The position numbers and the translations under genes were made by a program. The notes beneath the pieces are model-generated. The model worked only from the letters and a program-made list of their open reading frames with translations, made no database searches and was not told the origin of the DNA. From a virus (Duplodnaviria; Caudoviricetes): a stretch of 64,000 nt of DNA. Positions 27,890 through 37,069 of the stretch are shown here, piece by piece (the first letter of the stretch is position 1; each line of letters opens with the position of its first letter). The stretch is taken from IMG/VR virus record IMGVR_UViG_3300028591_000070, positions 321,935 through 385,934 of that record, one strand, 5' to 3'.

Positions 27890-28444
27890 ATGGAAACAAT
27901 TGAAATTTTTGAGTCAATCTTAAATGAAGAGAAAGGAAGAACAAACTATCCACAAAAAACTCAGTTTAATAGTGGCAAAGTTAAAAAAGTTCCATTGGTA
28001 ATGAAATATATTTATGAAAATCCAGGTTGTACCAAAGAAGAGATTATAAGTTTTACAAATTCAATGGGATTTACAGGTTATAACAATGAGTTATTAGTAG
28101 ATATTAGAGATGATGGAATGGCAAAAACTCGTTATGTTAATAATAGAGGAAAACTTGGATTTTATCCCACTGATACAGCCATCGGATATTTACATTCTTT
28201 AGGATTTATTGATGACACATCTGGTGATCAAGCTTATAAAGATTTTCTAGATAAGAGAAACAGAGATTCATATCTTGCATTATGGCAAAAAGTAAGAGGT
28301 ATTATATATGACTTTATGGCATATCACTTTATAGATTATTTTTCACAAACACAAGAGAAACAATGGATGTCTCTAAGTGAAGATGAACAACGAAAAATTT
28401 TAATTGAAGTTATGGAAAAACTTGATTTAAGCAAAATATATTAA
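27890..28444 (+). CDS. winged-helix-like protein with an N-terminal IFESILNE motif
   Basis: VMKYIYENPGCTKEEII...LVDIRDDG...FYPT wHTH pattern. Confidence 0.5.
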   Translation: METIEIFESILNEEKGRTNYPQKTQFNSGKVKKVPLVMKYIYENPGCTKEEIISFTNSMGFTGYNNELLVDIRDDGMAKTRYVNNRGKLGFYPTDTAIGYLHSLGFIDDTSGDQAYKDFLDKRNRDSYLALWQKVRGIIYDFMAYHFIDYFSQTQEKQWMSLSEDEQRKILIEVMEKLDLSKIY

Positions 28445-28449
28445 AAAAG

Positions 28450-28471
28450 AAGCTCCTCAATTGAGGAGCTT
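28450..28471. terminator. bidirectional terminator
   Basis: perfect palindrome AAGCTCCTCAATTGAGGAGCTT between convergent genes. Confidence 0.75.
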
Positions 28472-28478
28472 TATTTTA

Positions 28479-29453
28479 TTAGAAATCGAAATAATCTATC
28501 ATTTCTTCAACAAAATTATAAACGTCATAATCACTATCTGGGATTGCATCTATAATAGTTTGTATTTTATCCTTTGGAACGTTCTTAAATCCACCATATT
28601 TATCATGTAAAATATCAAGCTTTGTCATATAAGAATTAAGACCTAATTTGCATCCTTTTTTATAAAAATCTTCCCAACAATGATAAGACTCTCTTAAGAT
28701 TGAATCAAACATTTCTTTAGACTCTCTAGAATGTTTATGAACTATAACAGCCTGTGGCTTTTCATTATGGTATTTTTCTTCTTCAGCTCTAAATACAAGA
28801 TACATTGATTTATTATCATTTCCATACTTAAAGCTTTTTGAAAGTAAAACCATATCTTTACAAACAAGATAGTCCATCTTATATTTGTCATTAAAGTCTA
28901 CCATACCCGCCTTAAATGCTTGTATAACTTTTTGTTTCAAAACTTGGCGGTCTTCCATAATAACATTAAAGTTTGAATTAAAATAAACCCATCCTCTAAT
29001 TCTTCTTTCTTTTACCGACTCATTTGGAGCTGGATCCTTATCAATGGAAATTTCAGTTCTAGCCATATCAATAGCCATTTTTTGTCTTCCACCAACATTA
29101 CAAGTAAGGCCTTCCAAATTAGACTTTATTTCATCTAAAAGATATTCACCAAAGAAATCTAAATTAGAAGCACCAACATGTTCATTATTCCAGTCGGAAC
29201 CCCAAACGCGACGTCTTGCATTTTTTTCTCCAGCAGCTTCTGTTAAATCTTCCAAGTCATAATTCTGAATGTCATCATTGAGCCTGCAATCTTCAAAGCA
29301 TTCCCAATAATAATTCCAATCTTTTTGATCTACATCAAAACCATCATCTTTACAAATTCCTTGAAAATATCTAAAATCATCAGAGCTAAATGGGTGACCA
29401 CATTCCCAATGCTCTCTTGCCATATCTCTTAAATATTCTTTCTTATCTTCCAT
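28479..29453 (-). CDS. modular hypothetical protein, probable head protein
   Basis: LTEA and SKEMFDSILRES motifs. Confidence 0.55.
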   Translation of the reverse strand: MEDKKEYLRDMAREHWECGHPFSSDDFRYFQGICKDDGFDVDQKDWNYYWECFEDCRLNDDIQNYDLEDLTEAAGEKNARRRVWGSDWNNEHVGASNLDFFGEYLLDEIKSNLEGLTCNVGGRQKMAIDMARTEISIDKDPAPNESVKERRIRGWVYFNSNFNVIMEDRQVLKQKVIQAFKAGMVDFNDKYKMDYLVCKDMVLLSKSFKYGNDNKSMYLVFRAEEEKYHNEKPQAVIVHKHSRESKEMFDSILRESYHCWEDFYKKGCKLGLNSYMTKLDILHDKYGGFKNVPKDKIQTIIDAIPDSDYDVYNFVEEMIDYFDF

Positions 29454-29473
29454 AATAATTTTCCTTTATTAAA

Positions 29474-30511
29474 TTAGTTTTGATTTATAATATTGTCATA
29501 AACATTTGCACTATTTACAACTTTAGATGCAAGTTTATCACAAATCTGTTTTTGTTCTGTATTTACAAAATAAATGGCTGCCCAAATATGCTTACAAGCT
29601 TGAGGACCTTTTACATTATGTAAATCATTCCAATAACCTGTTCCATGTTGTCCTCTAAATCCAAAATATGAGTCACCTTGTTTAGCATCTTTTTCAGCCA
29701 TACCTTGCCAATAAAAAGCTGGGCAGTCACAATAAACTTTAGCATCGCAATTCTGAATAACACTATTAAACTGCTGAGCTATAGCATCTTTATTTATATT
29801 TGTAGGTGATAGATAATTATCTGTTTTAGTAAATTGAATAGTAACAGAATAACCTCTTTTTAAGAAGACTTGTGTTTTTCCGGTTAAGTCAACATGAGTG
29901 TTATCACCAGTTGAGTTTACTTCAAACTGAATTGTTATTGAGTCTTTTCCAAAAGAAGCATCAATGAGTTTGGCTTCATTTAATCCATATTCAGAGATTG
30001 ATTTGTCTGTGATTTTAGATGTATCAAATTGAGAAAGCTTATGTTCTTTTAAAGATTCATTTACTTTATGGAAATATTGATGTAATTCTGCATTACTATG
30101 TCTAAGTTCACTTGCTCGTCTAAGTAACTCTTCAGGAGGAAGAATTACACCATAAGAAAGTTCAAAAAATCTTCTAGATATATCATTTAAACTATGAAAA
30201 ATCTGAAAAATAGATCTATAAGTTCGAGGTCTTTTACCACCATATAGAGCTAATAACATAGCTAAATATGTGATACAACTGTGATAATCATTGTAATAAT
30301 TTATTTTATCTTGTTCTAAAAGAGAGTTTTTATCATACTTTGATATGAAGTTTGTAATACAATTTCTGGCGTCATATAAATCTTTTTTTAAAGATTCTAT
30401 TGAGTCACCAGAATAATGTAAAATATCTTTAGACAAAGACGTCTCAATTAGTGAGGACTCATATTTTATTAAATCATCAAATAAGCCATTTATTTTTTCT
30501 AAAAGTTGCAC
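29474..30511 (-). CDS. SWIM zinc-finger domain protein
   Basis: VYCDCPAFYWQG...CKHIWA. Confidence 0.75.
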   Translation of the reverse strand: MQLLEKINGLFDDLIKYESSLIETSLSKDILHYSGDSIESLKKDLYDARNCITNFISKYDKNSLLEQDKINYYNDYHSCITYLAMLLALYGGKRPRTYRSIFQIFHSLNDISRRFFELSYGVILPPEELLRRASELRHSNAELHQYFHKVNESLKEHKLSQFDTSKITDKSISEYGLNEAKLIDASFGKDSITIQFEVNSTGDNTHVDLTGKTQVFLKRGYSVTIQFTKTDNYLSPTNINKDAIAQQFNSVIQNCDAKVYCDCPAFYWQGMAEKDAKQGDSYFGFRGQHGTGYWNDLHNVKGPQACKHIWAAIYFVNTEQKQICDKLASKVVNSANVYDNIINQN

Positions 30512-30514
30512 TAT

Positions 30515-30883
30515 TTATATAGTTAAATAGCTTAATATTTTATTAAGGTCGTCTTTAATTTGTGAAAAATATCCTATTGCTTTCTGACCTTTTGCTTGAA
30601 TTTCAGGGTCATTTATTATTTCATCTAAAAAACTTATATCATTTTTTAAGTGTCTAATGACAGCATGATATGATACATCTTCCTTAAGAGAGGCTTGATC
30701 AAGATTTGCCATCTGACCTAAAACGTCAGTAATTACTGGAAGAAGGTTTTTTTCTATTGAAAGAACACAAATACTTTCATCTGCTGCAGCATCTATTCCA
30801 ATAATAGCCATATTAGTATCAATGGACAATTGAAATAAACTCATCATAAAATGACCCACTGGGGTATTCATTTCCGCTTTCAT
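30515..30883 (-). CDS. hypothetical protein
   Basis: sigma70-like promoter and GGAGG RBS. Confidence 0.6.
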   Translation of the reverse strand: MKAEMNTPVGHFMMSLFQLSIDTNMAIIGIDAAADESICVLSIEKNLLPVITDVLGQMANLDQASLKEDVSYHAVIRHLKNDISFLDEIINDPEIQAKGQKAIGYFSQIKDDLNKILSYLTI

Positions 30884-30942
30884 AATTTACCTCCATATCA
30901 TATATAGACTATACTGAAATAAAATGAATTTATTCAAAAAAA

Positions 30943-31149
30943 TTAAACAATTGTCTTAGATTTATCTTTTGAAAAAATCATCATTCTGGCTGCACCAGAT
31001 GCTGATTCAACAGGTTTATCAATACCAATCTCGCCATAAAATCTAACTGCTTTTCCACCACAATCGCAAGTAATAGAAAAAGCTGGCTTATCTTCAAAAT
31101 CTCGTGAGATCATTTTTTTACAATTTTTACATTTATAGGTAATTGTCAT
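30943..31149 (-). CDS. FmdB-like zinc-ribbon protein
   Basis: YKCKNC...CDCGGKAVR. Confidence 0.6.
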   Translation of the reverse strand: MTITYKCKNCKKMISRDFEDKPAFSITCDCGGKAVRFYGEIGIDKPVESASGAARMMIFSKDKSKTIV

Positions 31150-31167
31150 TTTTAAATATTAACTAAA

Positions 31168-31190
31168 AAGCTCGGCATTTAGCCGAGCTT
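31168..31190 (-). terminator. terminator
   Basis: AAGCTCGGC-attta-GCCGAGCTT with a U-tract. Confidence 0.75.
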
Positions 31191-31198
31191 TGTATTGA

Positions 31199-32680
31199 TT
31201 AGATAATTGTTGTATTTCTGAAAGAAAGATCCTGATTAAATCTAAGATATTTATCACCAGTATCTTCATAAACAACACTCTTGAAGTTAAAGAGCTCTTT
31301 ATCATTAGCATCCATAACATGATATGTTACTGTATGGTCTTGCATATACTGCATAACTCTGTTATAAGCATCATTATCAATATATGTATAAAGATCTTGA
31401 ACATCTTTATCATGTTTAGCATTTGTAGACTTAAACACATCATTTATTTCAAAATAAACATATGAGTATTCTATGCCTGCTTTACTATCTTCTGAGTCTT
31501 CAAAAGTAGTATCATTATTATGAGTGCTATATTTAACTTTAAGACATCTTACAATATCACCATCATAATCAGCTGTATCAATTTCTTTAAGCTGCTCTTC
31601 AGTAGGAATAATATCAGTATAAGTAACTTTACCATCCTCAACAGTTTTTGTAGCATAAACGTCATTGATTTCAACTACATACTTCTCAAGGTCAAGGTCG
31701 ATAGTTTTTTCAATAGTCTCTACAGTAGGTCTGTCTGGATTATCTGAATGGTAATTTTGGAACTCTAAAGTAGAAGTTAATTTTCCAGTAGAAGAATCAT
31801 ATGTTTGAGTAAAATCTTTTACTAATGCATTTTTAATAGTCCCAATAACATCAGAAAGAACTTTTTCATTTCCATTATCATCCTTAATGTTAACTTTACT
31901 TCCTAAAGTAGTATCACCATCTACAGTAAGATTTTTCTTAACTCTAAGATTTCCATTATAAATGGTATCACCACCAACAGTAAGGTCATTATCAACGGTA
32001 AGGTCATGCTTAATATGAGCATCACCAATAATTTTTCCTTCTTTTGTTTCAAGGCCATTTGAATCTTCATTACCAACTACTAAAGAAGCCTGAACCTCAA
32101 GATTTCCTCCATGATAATCAGCATCCTGAACCTCAAGGTTAATTCTTGTATCTCCATTGACATCTAATTCACGAGTTGTAATATGCTTAGACATAGCGAG
32201 TTTATATTTTTCAATAATTCCTGCTAAGTCTGAATCAGAATTTGCTCTTGCTAAAGCTTCTTTAGCAATATCAATTTTAAGTTGAGCATCTGCTTTTTCG
32301 CGTTCTTCATCTTCAAGATTAATAGCTTCTGCAAGAACAACATCAATTTCAGTCGATCTTGTAATTTCACTCTTAATATCATCTAACAATCTTTGGTCAT
32401 TAAGATCTGATAGTGTTTTTGAAATAGGTCTTTTATTTTGAAAATGAGCAATATCAAAAGCAGCTACAGATTTATAAGTTTCTTTTTTAGACTCTAATAA
32501 ATCTAAACTTACTTTTTCTGATTTGTCTATTTTCAAAGAGCTATCAACATCTCGATTTTCATTTAAATGAAGACTTTCATTATTATGAATTGAATTCTCA
32601 GTGATAGTTCCTGGAATTGCATTAATTGCTGCAAGTGAAGAATCAACTTCATTATATAAATTTTCTTCTGTGTTAGCCAT
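31199..32680 (-). CDS. virion structural protein (fibre-like)
   Basis: coiled-coil segment and (D/N)LTVxG beta-repeat stretch. Confidence 0.6.
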   Translation of the reverse strand: MANTEENLYNEVDSSLAAINAIPGTITENSIHNNESLHLNENRDVDSSLKIDKSEKVSLDLLESKKETYKSVAAFDIAHFQNKRPISKTLSDLNDQRLLDDIKSEITRSTEIDVVLAEAINLEDEEREKADAQLKIDIAKEALARANSDSDLAGIIEKYKLAMSKHITTRELDVNGDTRINLEVQDADYHGGNLEVQASLVVGNEDSNGLETKEGKIIGDAHIKHDLTVDNDLTVGGDTIYNGNLRVKKNLTVDGDTTLGSKVNIKDDNGNEKVLSDVIGTIKNALVKDFTQTYDSSTGKLTSTLEFQNYHSDNPDRPTVETIEKTIDLDLEKYVVEINDVYATKTVEDGKVTYTDIIPTEEQLKEIDTADYDGDIVRCLKVKYSTHNNDTTFEDSEDSKAGIEYSYVYFEINDVFKSTNAKHDKDVQDLYTYIDNDAYNRVMQYMQDHTVTYHVMDANDKELFNFKSVVYEDTGDKYLRFNQDLSFRNTTII

Positions 32681-32708
32681 ATATTATTTAGTTTCTCCTT
32701 TTATAAAT

Positions 32709-32730
32709 TTGGCTAGGAGAACCTAGCCAA
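32709..32730 (-). terminator. terminator or attenuator hairpin between structural genes
   Basis: TTGGCTAGG-agaa-CCTAGCCAA. Confidence 0.55.
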
Positions 32731-32737
32731 TATTTTG

Positions 32738-35700
32738 TTAGTCACCTATATACGCATAGCCACTATTTTTTTCAACAATAGCAAACATTGACTCGTCAGT
32801 AAGAAGTATATTAGCTGCTGCCTCAGGTGTAGTAATCTCTGTAGTAAGAATATCTCTCATTGTTCTAACAGTTGTTACACCATTAGTAATCTTAACTTTA
32901 GAAGCAAATGTAGCATTATTCTCTTCTTCAGTTGCAACCAATACATTATATTTATCAAAGTCAACAATATCTGCAAGAGTGCTTGAAACTTTAGCATATC
33001 CTGTACGAAGGAAAGCAGCTACCAAAGCATCATTTGACCTATTAGTTAAATCAAACCAATGATAAGTTACTTTCATATCTGCACTTGTATCTATCTTAGA
33101 TATTAAAGCGTTGATTGCAATATTAGCAGCTTCTTCTTCAGTTTGTGACTGTGGACGTTCATTTATAGCCTTAATTACAGCTGGGTGATTTCTAAGATCA
33201 GCAGCAGATTGTGAATAATCTAATGCTTTATCCATTCTTACCCACATAACTCTAGGTTCATAAACTGTCTGGCCAAATGCATTTGTTGTTTTAATAATTC
33301 TCATTTTAAGAGAATATTCAGCATATTCAGGAGCTTCATATGGAATATAAAGATTTCCATCAGCATCAAAATCATCCGGAGAAGTTGATTCACTTACATC
33401 AGTGATAACATGAGCTGTTGGAAGAGTACCTGTACCATCCCATGTATAAGTAGCTGTTGTTTCATTTTTTTCATTTTTTGAAACATTAGCTACAAGATAG
33501 AAACGACCTTGCTCACCTGGAGCTACAGGAAGTCTTTCTTCAAGATTTCTTGCTAATACATCAACTCTTGCTGAAACTGAGTCAAAAAGAACTTTTGTAT
33601 CATAAGCACTTGCCCATTTATCCATATGTGAAGGTTGTACACCATCATATAATCTGAGAACATCATCTTTTTCAGTCTGATCTTTATTATAGAATTTGTT
33701 AACAACATTAACATCCATAATATTATCAGATAAAGCTTCAAAAGTGAGGTCGTCATTTGTAGATACAAAGAGCAACTCATCTTCTTCACCAGTTCCTTTC
33801 TGTAAGATAAGACTTGATTGATCAAACTTAATTCCGTTGATAGAACCCGATTTAATAATTTTATCAACAAGTTCATCACTTACCTTAAAGTCAATCTTAT
33901 TATCCTGAGAAGAAATAGTAATAGAGTTGTCTTTAGAAGTCAACTTAATTTTTTCTTCAATCTTTGAAGGAGCTTCTTGAGCTTCTGGGAAAACTTGTTC
34001 CTCATAGCCTGTGATAACTGGAGCTTTTCCTACAACAATAGAAACTTCTCCATTTTCATCTTGATTAGCAGTTACATCACCAACAATTTTACCTTTATCA
34101 ACTTTCTGAACGCCAGTAACACTATCAATATAATAGCTATCAAAGGCTTTCATTACATTTTTACCGATAATATCATCTGTATTGGCAATTGTATGGTAAT
34201 GTCCATCAATTGTGGCTAAAATATGCTGGTCAACACTGTCACCTGAAGCAATACCTTTTGACATAAGTTTTAAGGTATCTTTTGAGTTACCAACATAAAT
34301 TGTATCAGAAGGACCATAATAAGTCTGTGGAATTTCATTAGCCTTAAAGCTCTTTACAAGCTTACTCATTTCAGGACTATTAATTACACCATTTTCAAAG
34401 TCATCTTCTGTATATTCAAAATTTATTTTAGTAGCATAGTCTTTATAACTAGTGCTATAAGCATTCTTTGCTCTAGAATAATCAACTTCAGCTTCAGTTT
34501 TATTTTCTTTAGCAGTTTGAACACCAGCTTTAGCCTCAAGAATTTCTTGGTCATTTGTAGCAATATCATTATCTATAAGAGTAAGTCTACTTCTTAAAGT
34601 GTTGATACCATTATTTGTTATCTGGATGCTTGACTGATTATTTGCAATTTCATTATTCTTAAATGAATTAGCATTATCTCTAGCCTCATTGAGGTCATTT
34701 AATGCATTATTCATATTATTTACCAAAACTTCATGGTTATGAACAATTGTTGGTTTTAAGCTATTAAGAATATTTTCTTTTGTTACATTGCAGTAGTAAA
34801 CTACATTCTCTTGAGTAGATTCTGATAAGATGTCCAATACAGAAATCATCTTATTAAATGCAGCCATAGCATCATCATATGTAAGAGTTGTATAATTGAT
34901 ACCATTCATTAAATACTGATAATCTTCATTATCTTTAAGGAATGAGTCATCAAAATCTACACCAAAGTAAGTTGTTTGGTCAACAGCTCTCTTCATTATG
35001 TTTTCATCTACAATTTCATTATCAACTCTAGATTTTGCTTCTTCATAAGCGGCTGACTTTACTGTTACTATAGCTAATAATTCTTCATATCTATGGTTTA
35101 ATTCAGTGGCAAGAGTTTCATAATCTGATACTTCATTCTCATAGCCATTTATCTGCTCAGTAAGTTCAGCTTTTTCTCTTATAAGATTTTCTCTATCAGT
35201 ATTTTGTGCAGCTAAATTTGATTCTGCAGCAGAAATAGCAGCTTCAGCATTATTAAGATTTCTTTCAAGAGTTTTTAACTGAGTATAGTCAGCTTTAAGG
35301 TGTTCATATTGTGAGTAAAGAGCATCATAAGCGTCAGCTTCAGCTTTTGCTTCAACATATTTTGGATTCTGCTGAAATGCAACATCAGAATAATCTTCTA
35401 CATGAGAAATAATTCCACGGAGATGTCCTTCTTCATCTTTAATGCCAATACCTGCGCGAGCCTCAATAACATCATTGAAAGATTTAATTCCTGAAATACT
35501 CTGATTTGTAGAACGGTTTACATATCCTTCTTCAGTTGTTTGAATATCACCTAAATTTGCAAGGAATACTTCTTTGCCATCAACCATTGCTTTAACATGG
35601 CCATGTTCATTTGATAAGAGAGGAACACTAGGATCAGATACAGTTTTAAGAATTGTTTGATCAGAACCATCACCTATAGATAAAATATCACCAGCATGAT

Positions 35701-37015
35701 CCATTAAGATTGTGCCATCTTTACCTTCAATTTGGTCTGTTATAACATGATTTCCAGCAATAACATTATTAGATGCATCAATATCTGTTCTAGATGTAAC
35801 CTTAATTGCGTCCATTTGACGAGTAACTGTTAGGTTTCTAGTTTCAATAGAGGCAGCTTTTTCAGTAACAACATCTAAGTTAGAAACTTCTGCTTCACCA
35901 ATAGTTGCTTTTTCAATATTAGCATTAGTTGAATTAAGGTCAGTTGTATCAATTTTTGAGAGAGATTTTATCTCACCTGCAATAAGTTTTCCATCAACAT
36001 CTAATGCTCTAGTATATGTATCACCCTCAAAGCGAGCTTTCTGATGAACTGTGAGATTTTCAGCAGTTTCATTTCCAACAGTTGCAGTTTCAATATTAGA
36101 AGATGTTACATTTTCAGTACCAATTTGAGCAGTGTCAACATTAGCATTTCCGGCTTCAAGAGAATTTACATTTTCTGAAGTAGCACTAATAGATGTTGCA
36201 TTTAAGCTCTCAGTAGTAACATTGTTACCAATGATATTTTGAGATGAAAGACTCTTAAGCTCATTGATTCTTGAGTCACCTTTTCCATTAATTACAGTCC
36301 TGTCTAATTCAATCTCAGTATCTTTGAAAGTAGTTTTCTGAGCTGTAATAGAAACTTCTGATTCGTCATTAACAAGTTCTACATCATCTGTACTGATTTC
36401 TGCAAGTCTTGTTTTACCTTCGGTTTTAATAGCTGTATCATCAGTAAATTGAACATCGCCAATAGTTGCATGCTTTCCTTTAGCATTTCTAACTGAAAGT
36501 GCGTTATCAGTTGAGTCTGTATTTATTGTTACAGCTTTTGTAAATAAAGCTTTAGCATTTACTGTGAGACCTATTTGGTCGCTTTCTGGAATAACAATTG
36601 ACTTGATTTCCATATCAGCAAGCTTTGTGATAATTTTATCAGCTTTATTACCATTATTTTTATTTACAAGGGAAATTCCCTTTACATATCCATCATCATC
36701 TAAAATGAACTCAAGACCATATCTCCAACCTAATCCAAGAGGATTTCCATTAAGGCTTCTGAGACCATCACAAGTAAGAATTGTTTCTCTTGTTTTGGCA
36801 TCAACTAAACGGAATCTTGAGTGTTCATCATCAGTTTTATCAACATCAATAGCATACTGTGGGAATGATGCTGACAAGTTTAACTTATCTGAGTCTGTAA
36901 TTTCAAGATTTACTGCTGGAGTAGTGCCTTCTTCCGCTGTTACTGAAAGATTTAATTTAAGGTCTTCAATGACAGCAACATGTTTCCTTTCCGCTTCTGT
37001 AATTCTGTAACTCAA
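32738..37015 (-). CDS. large virion fibre-like protein (1425 aa, TTG start)
   Basis: pentapeptide-like beta repeats, central coiled coil, QSISGIKSF fibre-type motif; RBS AAGGAG. Confidence 0.65.
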   Translation of the reverse strand: MSYRITEAERKHVAVIEDLKLNLSVTAEEGTTPAVNLEITDSDKLNLSASFPQYAIDVDKTDDEHSRFRLVDAKTRETILTCDGLRSLNGNPLGLGWRYGLEFILDDDGYVKGISLVNKNNGNKADKIITKLADMEIKSIVIPESDQIGLTVNAKALFTKAVTINTDSTDNALSVRNAKGKHATIGDVQFTDDTAIKTEGKTRLAEISTDDVELVNDESEVSITAQKTTFKDTEIELDRTVINGKGDSRINELKSLSSQNIIGNNVTTESLNATSISATSENVNSLEAGNANVDTAQIGTENVTSSNIETATVGNETAENLTVHQKARFEGDTYTRALDVDGKLIAGEIKSLSKIDTTDLNSTNANIEKATIGEAEVSNLDVVTEKAASIETRNLTVTRQMDAIKVTSRTDIDASNNVIAGNHVITDQIEGKDGTILMDHAGDILSIGDGSDQTILKTVSDPSVPLLSNEHGHVKAMVDGKEVFLANLGDIQTTEEGYVNRSTNQSISGIKSFNDVIEARAGIGIKDEEGHLRGIISHVEDYSDVAFQQNPKYVEAKAEADAYDALYSQYEHLKADYTQLKTLERNLNNAEAAISAAESNLAAQNTDRENLIREKAELTEQINGYENEVSDYETLATELNHRYEELLAIVTVKSAAYEEAKSRVDNEIVDENIMKRAVDQTTYFGVDFDDSFLKDNEDYQYLMNGINYTTLTYDDAMAAFNKMISVLDILSESTQENVVYYCNVTKENILNSLKPTIVHNHEVLVNNMNNALNDLNEARDNANSFKNNEIANNQSSIQITNNGINTLRSRLTLIDNDIATNDQEILEAKAGVQTAKENKTEAEVDYSRAKNAYSTSYKDYATKINFEYTEDDFENGVINSPEMSKLVKSFKANEIPQTYYGPSDTIYVGNSKDTLKLMSKGIASGDSVDQHILATIDGHYHTIANTDDIIGKNVMKAFDSYYIDSVTGVQKVDKGKIVGDVTANQDENGEVSIVVGKAPVITGYEEQVFPEAQEAPSKIEEKIKLTSKDNSITISSQDNKIDFKVSDELVDKIIKSGSINGIKFDQSSLILQKGTGEEDELLFVSTNDDLTFEALSDNIMDVNVVNKFYNKDQTEKDDVLRLYDGVQPSHMDKWASAYDTKVLFDSVSARVDVLARNLEERLPVAPGEQGRFYLVANVSKNEKNETTATYTWDGTGTLPTAHVITDVSESTSPDDFDADGNLYIPYEAPEYAEYSLKMRIIKTTNAFGQTVYEPRVMWVRMDKALDYSQSAADLRNHPAVIKAINERPQSQTEEEAANIAINALISKIDTSADMKVTYHWFDLTNRSNDALVAAFLRTGYAKVSSTLADIVDFDKYNVLVATEEENNATFASKVKITNGVTTVRTMRDILTTEITTPEAAANILLTDESMFAIVEKNSGYAYIGD

Positions 37016-37041
37016 TTTAGTTTCTCCTTTTTTATTTTATA

Positions 37042-37061
37042 GGAGAGGCTTACACCTCTCC
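37042..37061 (-). terminator. hairpin between structural genes
   Basis: GGAGAGG-cttaca-CCTCTCC. Confidence 0.5.
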
Positions 37062-37069
37062 ATTATTTT

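Noticed and set aside
6652-29478. ACTAA motifs at 6655, 10469 and 29474 as late promoters
   Set aside because: They coincide with the last codon plus TAA stop of the upstream gene, so they are uninformative
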